From a virus (Duplodnaviria > Heunggongvirae > Uroviricota > Caudoviricetes), in the IMG/VR virus record IMGVR_UViG_3300033463_000007, positions 95,865-159,864 of that record: a stretch of DNA of 64,000 nucleotides; one strand, 5' to 3'. Below are positions 19,080 to 29,477 of this stretch, piece by piece. Position numbers and translations under genes: made by a program. Numbering within the stretch: the stretch's first letter is position 1; every line of letters starts with the position of its first letter. The notes under the pieces are model-generated. The model was not told where the DNA came from. It did not search any database and saw only the letters and a list, made by a program, of their open reading frames with translations.

Positions 19080-20675
19080 ATGTCAACAATAACTGATTTA
19101 ACAGGTACAATATGGATATTAAATGACATAATAAATGATTCATCAAGTAATTTTAATATAACATTTACATCAAATAGTCGAACATTCTATATACTTAATT
19201 TTGAAAGTTGGGACGATGATGTTGTATATTTCCAAAATGGAACAAATAGTTTAAAGTATTTATGGTCATTAAGTTATTATGTTCAATCAGCCGGAAGTTG
19301 AGATACTCCAGCTGTTTATGATGGAGATGATGACACTTGGAAGATTTCAACAAATAAATATAAGACAATAGAGATAACAGGTGGAACTGACGTAACTAAC
19401 ACTACCCTCATCTCTTGGCTTGAAACAAACGCAACACAAGTTCCGCCCTTCCCAATTTATACTTTTGATTTATCTACTTTAAATTTACCTGCTGGAAATT
19501 ATACAATAACTGTAAAAACAAAGGTAACTGGGTATAAAGATAGTATAGATAGTAATTCAGAAACATATTCTATTATTCCATCAAGTTGGCCAATCTCAAC
19601 AACAGTTACATATGGTTCTTATTCAGGAGCAACTTCTATTGCTGTAAATGGAACAGCTCAAGTAACAATTTCAGTAAATACAGGCTATGCTTTGCCCTTA
19701 TCAGACTCAGATATAACTGTAACAAATGCCACATTAGATTCTTATAATTCAAGTACCGGTGTTATTACTATCAGTAATCCAACTGGTAATGTTTCTATAA
19801 GTACAACTTGTCCAGTTGAATATTCTATTACAACGACTATAACTAATGGCACTTCTTCAGGTGATTCTACAATTATTGCAGGCTCGACAGCAACTGTTAA
19901 TATTAGCGCGAATAGTGGATATATTAGGCCAACAACAGTAGATGTTAATGGAGCAACATCTAGCTATAACTCTTCAACTGGAGTAATATCATTAAGTAAT
20001 CCAACTGGTAATGTTACAATAAGTGCTACTTGTTCTGCTACTTATTATATAAGTACAACAGTTGATTATGGTTATTATTCCGGAGCGTCTTCTATGATTG
20101 CTGGTGAAACAGCTTATGTAACTATTACTCCTTATACCGGATATATTAGGCCAACTGTCATAACAGTTACAGGTGCAACCTATTCTTATAATTCAAATAC
20201 AGGAGTAATATCATTAAGTAATCCACAAAATAATATAACAATTACAGCTACTTGTATTGAAAGATTAGATACACCCACATTATCAATAAGTGGTGATATT
20301 TTAACAATAGAAGATACTTCTGGTCATGCTGATTCATTTGATATTTTTGTTGATAGTATGTCTGCACCAGCTACAACTATATATACCGCTACAACTTATA
20401 CTATTATTATAACAGGCGGAGATAATACCGAATATCTTAGCTGTGGGTTCGCCCCGGAAAAAGGAACCAGTACTGATATTACAGATGAGACTACTAATAC
20501 TTTAATTGGCTCAGGAGGATTTTCTTTTAGTAGTGGTGTAGGCGATGATATAGTTATCACCAATGCAACAGGTGATTTTGTTAATGGTAATTATAGTACA
20601 AATGAATATGGTTCTTATCCAGCCCCAGAATTTGTTATTACACAAAATAGTTCCTGTACAGTTAATATTTTATAA
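19080..20675 (+). CDS. modular paralogue 3 with three ~70-aa B-repeat-like units (531 aa, code 4)
   Basis: Joins track ORFs 19080 and 19692 through TGA 19299; repeats ...SGYIRPTxVxVxGATxSYNSSTGVISLSNPTGNVTISATC. Confidence 0.8.
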
Positions 20676-20686
20676 GGTAAATTATT

Positions 20687-22039
20687 ATGAGTGTTACTAA
20701 TTTAACAAATACAATATGATATTTAAATGAAACTCTTGGGGATTCTGGTTGGGGCAGTTATGATGAAATAACTTTTAATATTACTTTTACCAGTAATGAA
20801 AATACTTATAATTCATTATATCTATATAGTGATTTTTCCTCACCAATAGATACTTGTTATATTAATAATGATAGTACAATGGTATATGATGGTTGAACAG
20901 CCACAGCTCATGGAAGAACACCAAGTTGAACTAATGATAATTATCGTATAATCAAAATTATTGGCGGCGGTGATGTTCGAAATTCTATTTTTATAGAATG
21001 ACTTGAAAATGAAGCAGTTCAATTAAAAGTAGATAATTTAACTAATACCACTTGAATCTGAAGATATATATATTTTAATGAAGAATCTTTTGATGATACA
21101 TATAATCTTGAAAGTAAGTATAATATTTCTTTCACAAGTAATTCTTCAAATTATACCTATATTAGCTTTAGTTGTAATGATCCAGATATGGATATTTATG
21201 ATTTATGGTATTGTACTACTTCTACTTGGCAGCAGGGTACATGAACAAAAGTTCTTGAAGCTCAATTATCATATTATGATCAAAATGAATATACTTGAAC
21301 TTGAACAAATAATAATTATAAACGCATAACAATAACTGGCGGAACTGATGTAACTAATCCTAATTTAATTAGGTGACTTACAAGATATGCTTCCTTAGTC
21401 ACTACTTATACTTATGATTTAACACAATTATCTCTTACAAATGAAGGTGTTTATCAAATTACTGGTAAGGCTAATGCAGTAGGTTGTGCTGCTAGTAATT
21501 GAAATGGTTGAGTTGGTTATGCAGTATTTCCACAGCTTGATACACCAACAAGTGTTTCAGTATCTAATACAACAGCATCATTTGATGCCATTGATAAGGC
21601 TGGGCAGTATGAATTTTTTGTAGATGGTCAAAGTATTGGAACTTATTCTGTTACTACAAGTGGTTATAACGTATTATTAGATTTATCTACTTCTGCTTTT
21701 GGATATGGACAAGATACATATTATGCAACATATATTAAAGTTTATGATGGTACAAGTAATGCCGGGACTTTATTAGCTTCAGACATATCTCCAACAGCAC
21801 CCACAACTAAAGATAAATCTTATATACGAGAATTAGTTAATTGTCAAACTGGTAATATTTATATTGAATGATATTGTGAATATTCTGATGGTATGATAAG
21901 TGAGGATTGATTACAAACAGGTTCTTCAAATTGTACAGTAATTCATAGTAGTGGATCTAGTGAAACTGCTCAAACAACTATAAGTATAACGGGCAACCCG
22001 GCAGTTATACATATGAGCGCTGAGGGTCTCCTTGATTAG
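20687..22039 (+). CDS. modular paralogue 4 with two copies of the domain (450 aa, code 4)
   Basis: Absent from the track. Continuous frame with ~14 TGA and 3 TGG; NLTNTIWYLN...IIGGGDVRNSIFIEWLENEA and NLTNTTWIW...ITGGTDVTNPNLIRWL. Confidence 0.8.
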
Positions 22040-22053
22040 GAGATAATATATAA

Positions 22054-22812
22054 ATGTCTAATATAAGTGATTTAACTGGTACAAAATGAACAATAGACAT
22101 ACTTCCAGAATCTTCTCCTTTAAATGATGAAGAAAGGCTATGATTAATTAATTTTACATCTAATGGAAATTCTTATAATAAATTAGGTTTTTATTGAGAT
22201 TATCAATGAATGATAGATATCTATTATTATCAAGGAAATGCTCAAACTTTAGTGTGGAATGGATGATCAGCAGGTGCAGATCCTGGAGTTTGAACAAACA
22301 GTGCTTATAGGACTATAGAAATTATAGACGGTGATGATGTGACAGATTCTGATCTTATTGATTGGCTTGAAGCAAATGCTATACAACAACTTTCAGTAGA
22401 TCTTTCTACACTTACCGGTTGGAGTAGTGTTACAGCAACAACACATACATTAACAATAAAAGCTAAGGGTACTGGCTATAGGGATTCAGTAGCTTCACAA
22501 GGTGCACTTTTTACAAAAGCTTTAGTTGGATATACATTATCTTTTACAGCAAATGCAGAGGCAGATATTGCTTTTATATATTATAAAACAACAACAGATC
22601 AATCTGGTACTGCCAGCAGAGAAATTTGGTATGGTACAACTCAAACAATACAAAATTGTACAGCTTTTTCTATATCAGGTAGTAGTGGAGCTTATTTAAA
22701 TAGTATATCTGGTACAATTATATCAGGTGTTAATGTTGGTGATTCTTTTATAATAGATAATTGATATGAGTTGGGTACAAATGTAACAATTGATGTTTCT
22801 TATTGGGTTTAA
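22054..22812 (+). CDS. modular paralogue 5 (252 aa, code 4)
   Basis: MSNISDLTGTKW...IEIIDGDDVTDSDLIDWLEANA...VDLSTLTGWS; in frame with track ORF 22339. Confidence 0.8.
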
Positions 22813-22879
22813 TAATAAAATTGTTTTATTGTATTATATATTATATTTAATAATATAATATTGAAAGGATATATTATTA

Positions 22880-24145
22880 ATGACAGATAAAGAATTATTT
22901 TTAAAATATAATATGGTACCAACTAATACCTATACAAAAGATGAAATATTAACAAATAAGTTATATAATAATGAAATAAAATGAGAGCCTGTTAATTTAC
23001 ATCATGATATACTTATTTTATTACATGGTTCCTATGCCTGTAATGCAAATTGTATTTATTGTGAAAATGGGGAACTTAGAAAAAAATATCATAATAAATT
23101 TATCTCTAAAGAAACTTTAAGATTGTTAATTGAAAGATTGGGCTCAAATATTAGAGAAATTACTTGACATGGCGGCGAGCCTCTCCTAATTCCAGAAGAT
23201 ACTATAGAATATTTAGAAGAACTAAAAAAAGAATATCATTATAATTTTCCAACAACATTACAAACAAATGGTATTTTATTAACAGATGAAAAAATAGATT
23301 TTTTAGATAAGTTAAATATTCAATGGGGAACAAGTTTTGATGGTTTACAAAATGACACTAGTCGCGGTAAGGCATCAACACAAGCACTTTTAAGATTAAT
23401 AAAAAAGTATCCTAATAAAACTTCTTTTATTTGTGTTAATTATAAAGATACTATTGATAATTTAATTAATAATTACGAATATTTTAAATCTCTTGGAGTC
23501 CAAGCAACACAATCTTGTGTAATTAAAGAAATTGTACTAACTGACAATAATCCATTATTAATAAAAAATGAAATAGCAATTCAAAAAGTACTAGAGTACA
23601 TTAATTATTGAATTCATGATATTAAAAATCCAATTGGCGATTCATATGTAACTAGATCAATTGAACGATTACTTGGTATTACACGAGTATGTGAAGATTC
23701 TTATTGTATTGGCGGCTGATTAATTATGGATCCAGATGGAAATTTAGGTTTTTGTGGGCATGCCGCAGAAGATCCCGGAGGATTGGGAAATATAAGAGAT
23801 ATCACTTCAGCACACGATCTTTTATATAGTCCAAAATATTTATCAATTATCGGAAAACAAGTTAAATTAGAGAAAACTTGCTCTCCTTGTCAATATTATA
23901 ATATTTGTCATTCTGGCTGTACAGGTTTAAATTATGAATATGACCATACTTATAATACTATAAATCCTCGAAATTGTGAATTTCAACTTGGTTTTTTAGA
24001 TGGTATTTATGAGCTAATAAAAGATATTGATACTTCACGACGAGATTTATATAATCCAATGTTTCTTCAGTTGCTTCGAGAAAATAATTATTACAGTTTA
24101 ACTGAAATTAAGGAGATTGAAAATGCCAAACATAGCAATCCTTAA
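22880..24145 (+). CDS. radical SAM/SPASM maturase-like enzyme (421 aa, code 4)
   Basis: CNANCIYC; IT(TGA=W)HGGEP; QTNG; C-terminal CEDSYC...FCGH...CSPC...ICHSGC...NC. Confidence 0.88.
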
Positions 24146-25055
24146 TTATTGTAATTTAAAATGCCCGTATTGTTTTGCAAATGAATTTATTGAATCAAGT
24201 AAGCAGCTAATTACAGATGAACAATTGGAAATTATTTTATTTTGATTAAGTCATACTGAAAGAATTGAAAAAATAGGGGTTATTGGCGGCGAGCCAACAA
24301 TTCACCCAAATTTTAAAAATATTATAATTAGATTAAAGCAATTTGCTTCAGAGCATAGTTCAAAAATTTGTGTTTTTTCTAATGGTATAAAATTAAGTGA
24401 TTATATTAAACTTTTTGATGCCAATACAGGTATTTTAATAAATATCAATCATCCAGATATTATTGGGCAATCAAATTGAAAACAATTAAAATTAAGTTTA
24501 AATAGATTTAAAGCATTAGATAAATTAAAATATACAAGTATAGGAATTAATTTATATCCAGAAATTCCTGATTTTAATTATATTATAGACTTGGCAAAAG
24601 AATTTAATTATCGGGTAATTCGTTGCAGTTATGTTGCTCCAACTTGTAAATATAAAGGAGTAGATAAAAATACCTATTACTTGCAGGCAAAACAAATGTT
24701 TATGGATTTTGCTAATGTTTGTAAAGAAAATAATATTGATATTAATTTGGATTGCAATAATGTACCTGTATGTTATTTTACTGAAGATGAATTAATAGAT
24801 TTACAGCATGTTCATAATTGAAAAACTCGTTGTGAACCGGTTGTTGATATTACACCTGATATGAAAGCAACTGCTTGTTTTGGTGCATATGATTTAGTTG
24901 ATTTAAATCAGTTTGATAACCTAGAAGAAGCCGAAAATTATCTATTATTTAAAAAAATATATCCAAAAAGAATAGCAAATTGTGCTGGTAAATGTGCAGA
25001 TTGTAAAAAATTTCAAAATTTATCTTGTCAAGGTGGCTGTTTAGCCTTTGTTTAA
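24123..25055 (+). CDS. radical SAM/SPASM-like enzyme (310 aa, code 4)
   Basis: CNLKCPYC; IGGEPT; FSNG; C-terminal C...C...CADC...CQGGC; overlaps the previous gene. Confidence 0.88.
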
Positions 25056-25057
25056 CT

Positions 25058-25091
25058 AAAAAGAAGCCTGAATATTCAGGCTTCTTTTTTT
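25058..25091 (+). terminator. Rho-independent terminator
   Basis: AAAAAGAAGCCTGAA / TTCAGGCTTCTTTTT. Confidence 0.9.
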
Positions 25092-25103
25092 ACTATATTA
25101 TTA

Positions 25104-25117
25104 GCTAAATTATATAA
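25104..25117 (+). promoter_or_regulatory. putative phage late promoter, copy 4
   Basis: GCTAAATTATATAA after a terminator. Confidence 0.55.
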
Positions 25118-25167
25118 AAGAACAATTATTTTAGTTAAAAATCTATTGATTGGAGTTTAAATATTTT

Positions 25168-25644
25168 ATGGCTGTTTTCATTAAACAAAATGGGGTATTA
25201 CAAAGTATTAATACTTTTATAAAAACTAATAATACTTTAGCCCCAGTAACATTTTTAAATAATACAAAAATAGATTATGTTATTACTAAACCAAGCAGCT
25301 CATATTCAGAAGACCTTGATGACATATACTTTTGTTTTGATCCAAATGATCCAGGTGAAGATAGTTCATTAGGAATTATTTCTTGAACAGAGAGTTCATA
25401 TGGTCAAAACTTTGGTACTTTTCCTATTTTATCTGATATTAATGCTTGGGCAGATGGTTTTTATATTTATATACAAAGAAATGTTTATGATATAGATGCA
25501 GGTAACAGTAGTTACACTGGAACATTTAATGGTGAAACAATTATATTTTCAAAATGCAGTGATAAAGCATGTATTTCAAATAAATTAATTATTAACACAA
25601 ATAATATAAATACACTTGAGATGACTATTAATTTAGAGAATTAA
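25168..25644 (+). CDS. hypothetical protein (158 aa, code 4)
   Basis: GGAG RBS; reads through TGA 25384 to TAA 25642-25644. Confidence 0.65.
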
Positions 25645-25658
25645 GGAGAAATAAATAA

Positions 25659-26216
25659 ATGTCAAAAGTAGAGACAAATGTTAGTACCTTAAAAATAAAT
25701 CGTGGTACATATGCCAATATAGTAACTAATTTAGCTTCTATTGGTGAGAATGAACTTATTATTACTACTGATAAAAATATACCAATTCCAGCTGCCGGAG
25801 ATAGCGGCAAAGTAATTAGTGTAAATGCTCAAGGAGATTATGAGCTCACTCAGCAAATAAAAGTAAATTCTATTGGTGGTGCTTCTGGTATTATTACACT
25901 GGGGAGCGGTTTGGTTATGGATAATAATACACTAAGTACTACGCCTGAAAATCCGATGACTGCCCAGGGAGATATAATTATTGGTGGTACAAGCGGAGCC
26001 ATGACCCGATTAGCAAATGGCTCAGCCGGGCAGATTCTTACTTCAAATGGAACCGCCCCAACTTGAAGCTATATACCTTGCTTTATTGGTAACCCAGCAA
26101 GCGATCCACAGATACCCGAAGGACAAATTGCATTTTGTAAAGTAACAAGTGAACCGGCTACAAGATATGATAATATAGTATATATAGTAGCTTCAGCATC
26201 GGATAATTTAATCTAG
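25659..26216 (+). CDS. putative virion/fibre accessory protein (185 aa, code 4)
   Basis: MTAQGDIIIGGTSGAMTRLANGSAGQILTSNGTAPT(W) fibre motif; TAG 26214-26216. Confidence 0.75.
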
Positions 26217-26238
26217 CTCTAGGAGAATTAACTTAAAT

Positions 26239-26934
26239 ATGGGAAAATATTATATTAAAGAAATTAAAAACTCAGATCCTTGAAATGTTTATTATGATGA
26301 GGGAAGAGCTGTAGAAGATTTACTTTGAGCTGGAAATAATTCGGACTTTGGTGATATAAACAGCTCTCTAGTAAAGGATATGGATTTTAAGGCTTATAAT
26401 TTAACTCTAGATAAGGAAGTACTTGATGATGATTTTGAGGATAGTGTAGATGCTGATGAAGAGGATTATGCAAAAGAATTAATTGAAATAGTTAATAATT
26501 ATTTTGAAAAAGCAAATAAACATCCACTTTCTTCAAAAGAAATCTCAGATATAATAGATATTTCAGAAACACTTAATAGTACCTATAGGAGAAGCGAGGA
26601 ATATCTTGAGCTTATATGTAAATTATTAGAAATAATCTATGGAAAGCCCTTTATAATCGGTGTCTTTAGGGGTTGTAGCCAGGGTGATTGATTAGATTAT
26701 ATTTGTCCAGAAGATCTTAAATCTAGTTTACCTTTTATAGAGGCCTGTATAATGGGAACAGGTACAGAGTTTGCAATGTGTGAGATACCTCTAGATAGTC
26801 CAGATGAATTTGATGAACAGCCTGAAAACATCTTTAGTGATTATACAGAATTATGAAGAGAAAACGACATTAAAAAATGAGCAGCTGATATACTTGGTTG
26901 TAAACCAGATGAAGTTGAAATTATAAAGGATTAA
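26239..26934 (+). CDS. acidic hypothetical protein (231 aa, code 4)
   Basis: AGGAG RBS; contains track ORF 26380; several TGA-Trp. Confidence 0.7.
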
Positions 26935-26940
26935 TAAAAA

Positions 26941-27597
26941 ATGTCAATAACACAACAAGAAGTTAATAGTTTAAATCAGGGTCGATTAAGGTGTATGCTT
27001 GGTTGACTTGGTTTATTATTACCTTGAATTCAAGTTATTTTATTACACAGATTTCCTGGATCAATTTCTATAACATATTTTTCATATGCTTTTGCACCAT
27101 TTATGATTATATTAGGTGCTGCTGCTTTTTTATTAATTTGTTATAAGGGGTATGATTTTATAGATGATATTATTAATACCGCGGCAGGTATATTTGGATT
27201 AGGTATTTGTTTATTTCCATGTGATCCTGGAAATATGCAGATAATTGGGCCATTCCAAATTAGTGCAAATATAAGTAATATAGTACACTGTATTTCAGCT
27301 GGAATATTTTTTGGTTTACTTGCAATAAACTCCATGTTTAGATTTACAAAATCTTCGGGTGAAATTACCACTAATAAGAAAAAGAGAAATATTATTTATC
27401 GGGTTTGTGCTTGTGGAATGTTAGGGTCTTTTACATTATTTTTATTACCTGATTTTAGTTTTAAAGTTTGATTAATAGAAGCTATTGCTTTATTCTTTTT
27501 TGGAATATCCTATATGACAAAAGCAGATAGATACAAATGATTATTTGCCGATACCCCAAAAGATTTAATTACTACAATGATTAATAATTTTAAATAA
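26941..27597 (+). CDS. multi-pass membrane protein, DUF998-like (218 aa, code 4)
   Basis: About six hydrophobic segments; VHCISAGIFF; (W)LIEAIALFFFGIS; contains track ORF 27103. Confidence 0.7.
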
Positions 27598-27634
27598 AAA
27601 ATATTGTATATTTAAATATAAAATTAATAAATAG

Positions 27635-28060
27635 GTGATTAAATTAATGGAAATAGGAAATTTATTATTTGGCAATTCAAGAGGAAAAGTACCAGTGTCA
27701 AGGGATTGGCAAGATAGTTTTATTAGTTTTTTATTGACAGCTGGATTTGATGCTTATGGCCACATAGATAATGATTTATTAGAAAGAAATCTTATTACTA
27801 TTGAAGGCAATGAATGTTGTTTAGATCTAGAACATAAAGAACATATCCATGGTTTTGATAATGGTATTTTTAGAGTTTTACCATATTGGTGGGGTGATAG
27901 TGAAAATATAGCAGAGTTGCCAAATTTTGTATACTATCCTAATCAATATGAATTAAGCTGGTATAAATATCCATTGCGAGATTCTTATGCAAATAAAGAA
28001 ATTACTTATGATAAGTTTTTAAAAATGCTTAATGATTGTAGATGTAGTTTATATAAATAA
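27635..28060 (+). CDS. phage hypothetical protein
   Basis: ORF track; follows the sigmaA-like element at 27604. Confidence 0.75.
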   Translation: MIKLMEIGNLLFGNSRGKVPVSRDWQDSFISFLLTAGFDAYGHIDNDLLERNLITIEGNECCLDLEHKEHIHGFDNGIFRVLPYWWGDSENIAELPNFVYYPNQYELSWYKYPLRDSYANKEITYDKFLKMLNDCRCSLYK

Positions 28061-28292
28061 TTTTGAAAGGATTATAACTTATATGTTTATTAGTAAAAAA
28101 TCATTAGATAAGAAAATTAAAGAAGCTCAAAAAGCTGCAGTAACAGAAGTTGAACGAACACGTGATCTTCAAGATGCCTTTGATAATGTTTATAGAGAAA
28201 TAGATAAAACAAAAGAGAGTATTGATCTTAGACTTTTTGATATTGAAACAAAACTTGCAGATCTTTCAGAAAAGATTAATGTTAAAAAGTAA
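28032..28292 (+). CDS. coiled-coil hypothetical protein (true start probably 28083)
   Basis: ORF track; AAAGGA RBS before ATG 28083. Confidence 0.6.
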   Translation: MIVDVVYINNFERIITYMFISKKSLDKKIKEAQKAAVTEVERTRDLQDAFDNVYREIDKTKESIDLRLFDIETKLADLSEKINVKK

Positions 28293-28317
28293 AATATAAA
28301 TTAAATTTAATATAATA

Positions 28318-28362
28318 AATAGGCTGCTTATTTTTGTTTTTGATTAAAAATAAGCAGCCTTT
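28318..28362 (+). terminator. hairpin / terminator followed by a sigmaA-like promoter
   Basis: AGGCTGCTTATTTTT / AAAAATAAGCAGCCT, then TGTATAAT at 28365. Confidence 0.7.
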
Positions 28363-28376
28363 ACTGTATAATATAA

Positions 28377-28709
28377 ATGTCTATATTTGGAGGTGTTATG
28401 AGAAAAAAGACTTTATATACTGTAGAGATTTTTGATATTAAAGATTTTATTGAACGTCGATGGCTTGACACTGATGCAAATTGGACAAATGGAAATTGTT
28501 ATTGGTTTGCTTTTATTTTAGTAACACAGTTTCCAAAATTAAAAATTTATTATTCGCCAATAATTGGGCATTTTGTTGCAGGTGATGGAGTTCATTTTTT
28601 TGATGCAGAAGGTGAATATATACCAACAGAAGACTTAATAAGTTTAGAGCGGATAAAAAAGAAAGACCCTTGTTTGTATAAACGTTTATTAAGAGATTGT
28701 AAAGATTAA
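28377..28709 (+). CDS. phage hypothetical protein
   Basis: ORF track; NGNCYWFA...GHFV motif. Confidence 0.7.
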   Translation: MSIFGGVMRKKTLYTVEIFDIKDFIERRWLDTDANWTNGNCYWFAFILVTQFPKLKIYYSPIIGHFVAGDGVHFFDAEGEYIPTEDLISLERIKKKDPCLYKRLLRDCKD

Positions 28710-28727
28710 TAAGGAGATTTTAAATTA

Positions 28728-29165
28728 ATGGAAAATTTAGATATTCCGCCGCTTGGCGGTAAAGATAAAGTATTTTTTAATGCAGCAAAAGCAATTTCAG
28801 AATTAAGCGACCATCATTTTAAGCTTGGTTGTGTTGTAGTAGATCATCATAGAATTATTAGTAGTGGTCATAATAGTAAAACTAAATGTCACCCAATTCA
28901 AGCTACACTAGATAGACGATACTTTAATGATCCTAAAGTAACACAATATGGGCCAGTTCATGCTGAGGTTGCTGCACTACTTCCATTAATTAAAAAAAAT
29001 ATTGATTTATCTGGCGCAGTTCTTTATGTTTATAGACAGGATAGACACACACATCTTGCCGCAAGTAGGCCTTGCCCACGTTGTATGGCTCTAATTAAGC
29101 AGTATGGCATTAAAAAAATTAAATATACTACTTATGATGGTTTTGCAGCTGAAAAAATAATTTAA
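28728..29165 (+). CDS. zinc-dependent cytidine/dCMP-deaminase-fold protein
   Basis: HAE...PCPRC catalytic motifs; KLGCVVV...SGHN. Confidence 0.88.
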   Translation: MENLDIPPLGGKDKVFFNAAKAISELSDHHFKLGCVVVDHHRIISSGHNSKTKCHPIQATLDRRYFNDPKVTQYGPVHAEVAALLPLIKKNIDLSGAVLYVYRQDRHTHLAASRPCPRCMALIKQYGIKKIKYTTYDGFAAEKII

Positions 29166-29244
29166 AATTTGCTCAAAAAACTATTTACAAATTAAATTTT
29201 TTATAATATAATTATATATGAAAATAATCAAGGAGGCTATTCTT

Positions 29245-29451
29245 ATGGAAATGATTAAAGTTGAAAGTTCAAATATCGAAAGTATTGGGCATGATGGCGT
29301 GGATCTTTATGTAGCTTATCATAATGGTAGATTATATGAATATCAGAATGTATCAAAGCCGGTTTACGAAGCTTTAATGGCTGCACCGTCAAAGGGTAGA
29401 TACTTTAATGAGTATATTAAGAATAATTATCCCTATCAACGATTGAGATAA
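29245..29451 (+). CDS. KTSC domain protein
   Basis: AGGAGG RBS; VESSNIESIGHD...YEYQNV...LMAAPSKGRYFNEYIKNNY. Confidence 0.88.
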   Translation: MEMIKVESSNIESIGHDGVDLYVAYHNGRLYEYQNVSKPVYEALMAAPSKGRYFNEYIKNNYPYQRLR

Positions 29452-29477
29452 GCTTTAAATTTTGGGAGGACAAACAA

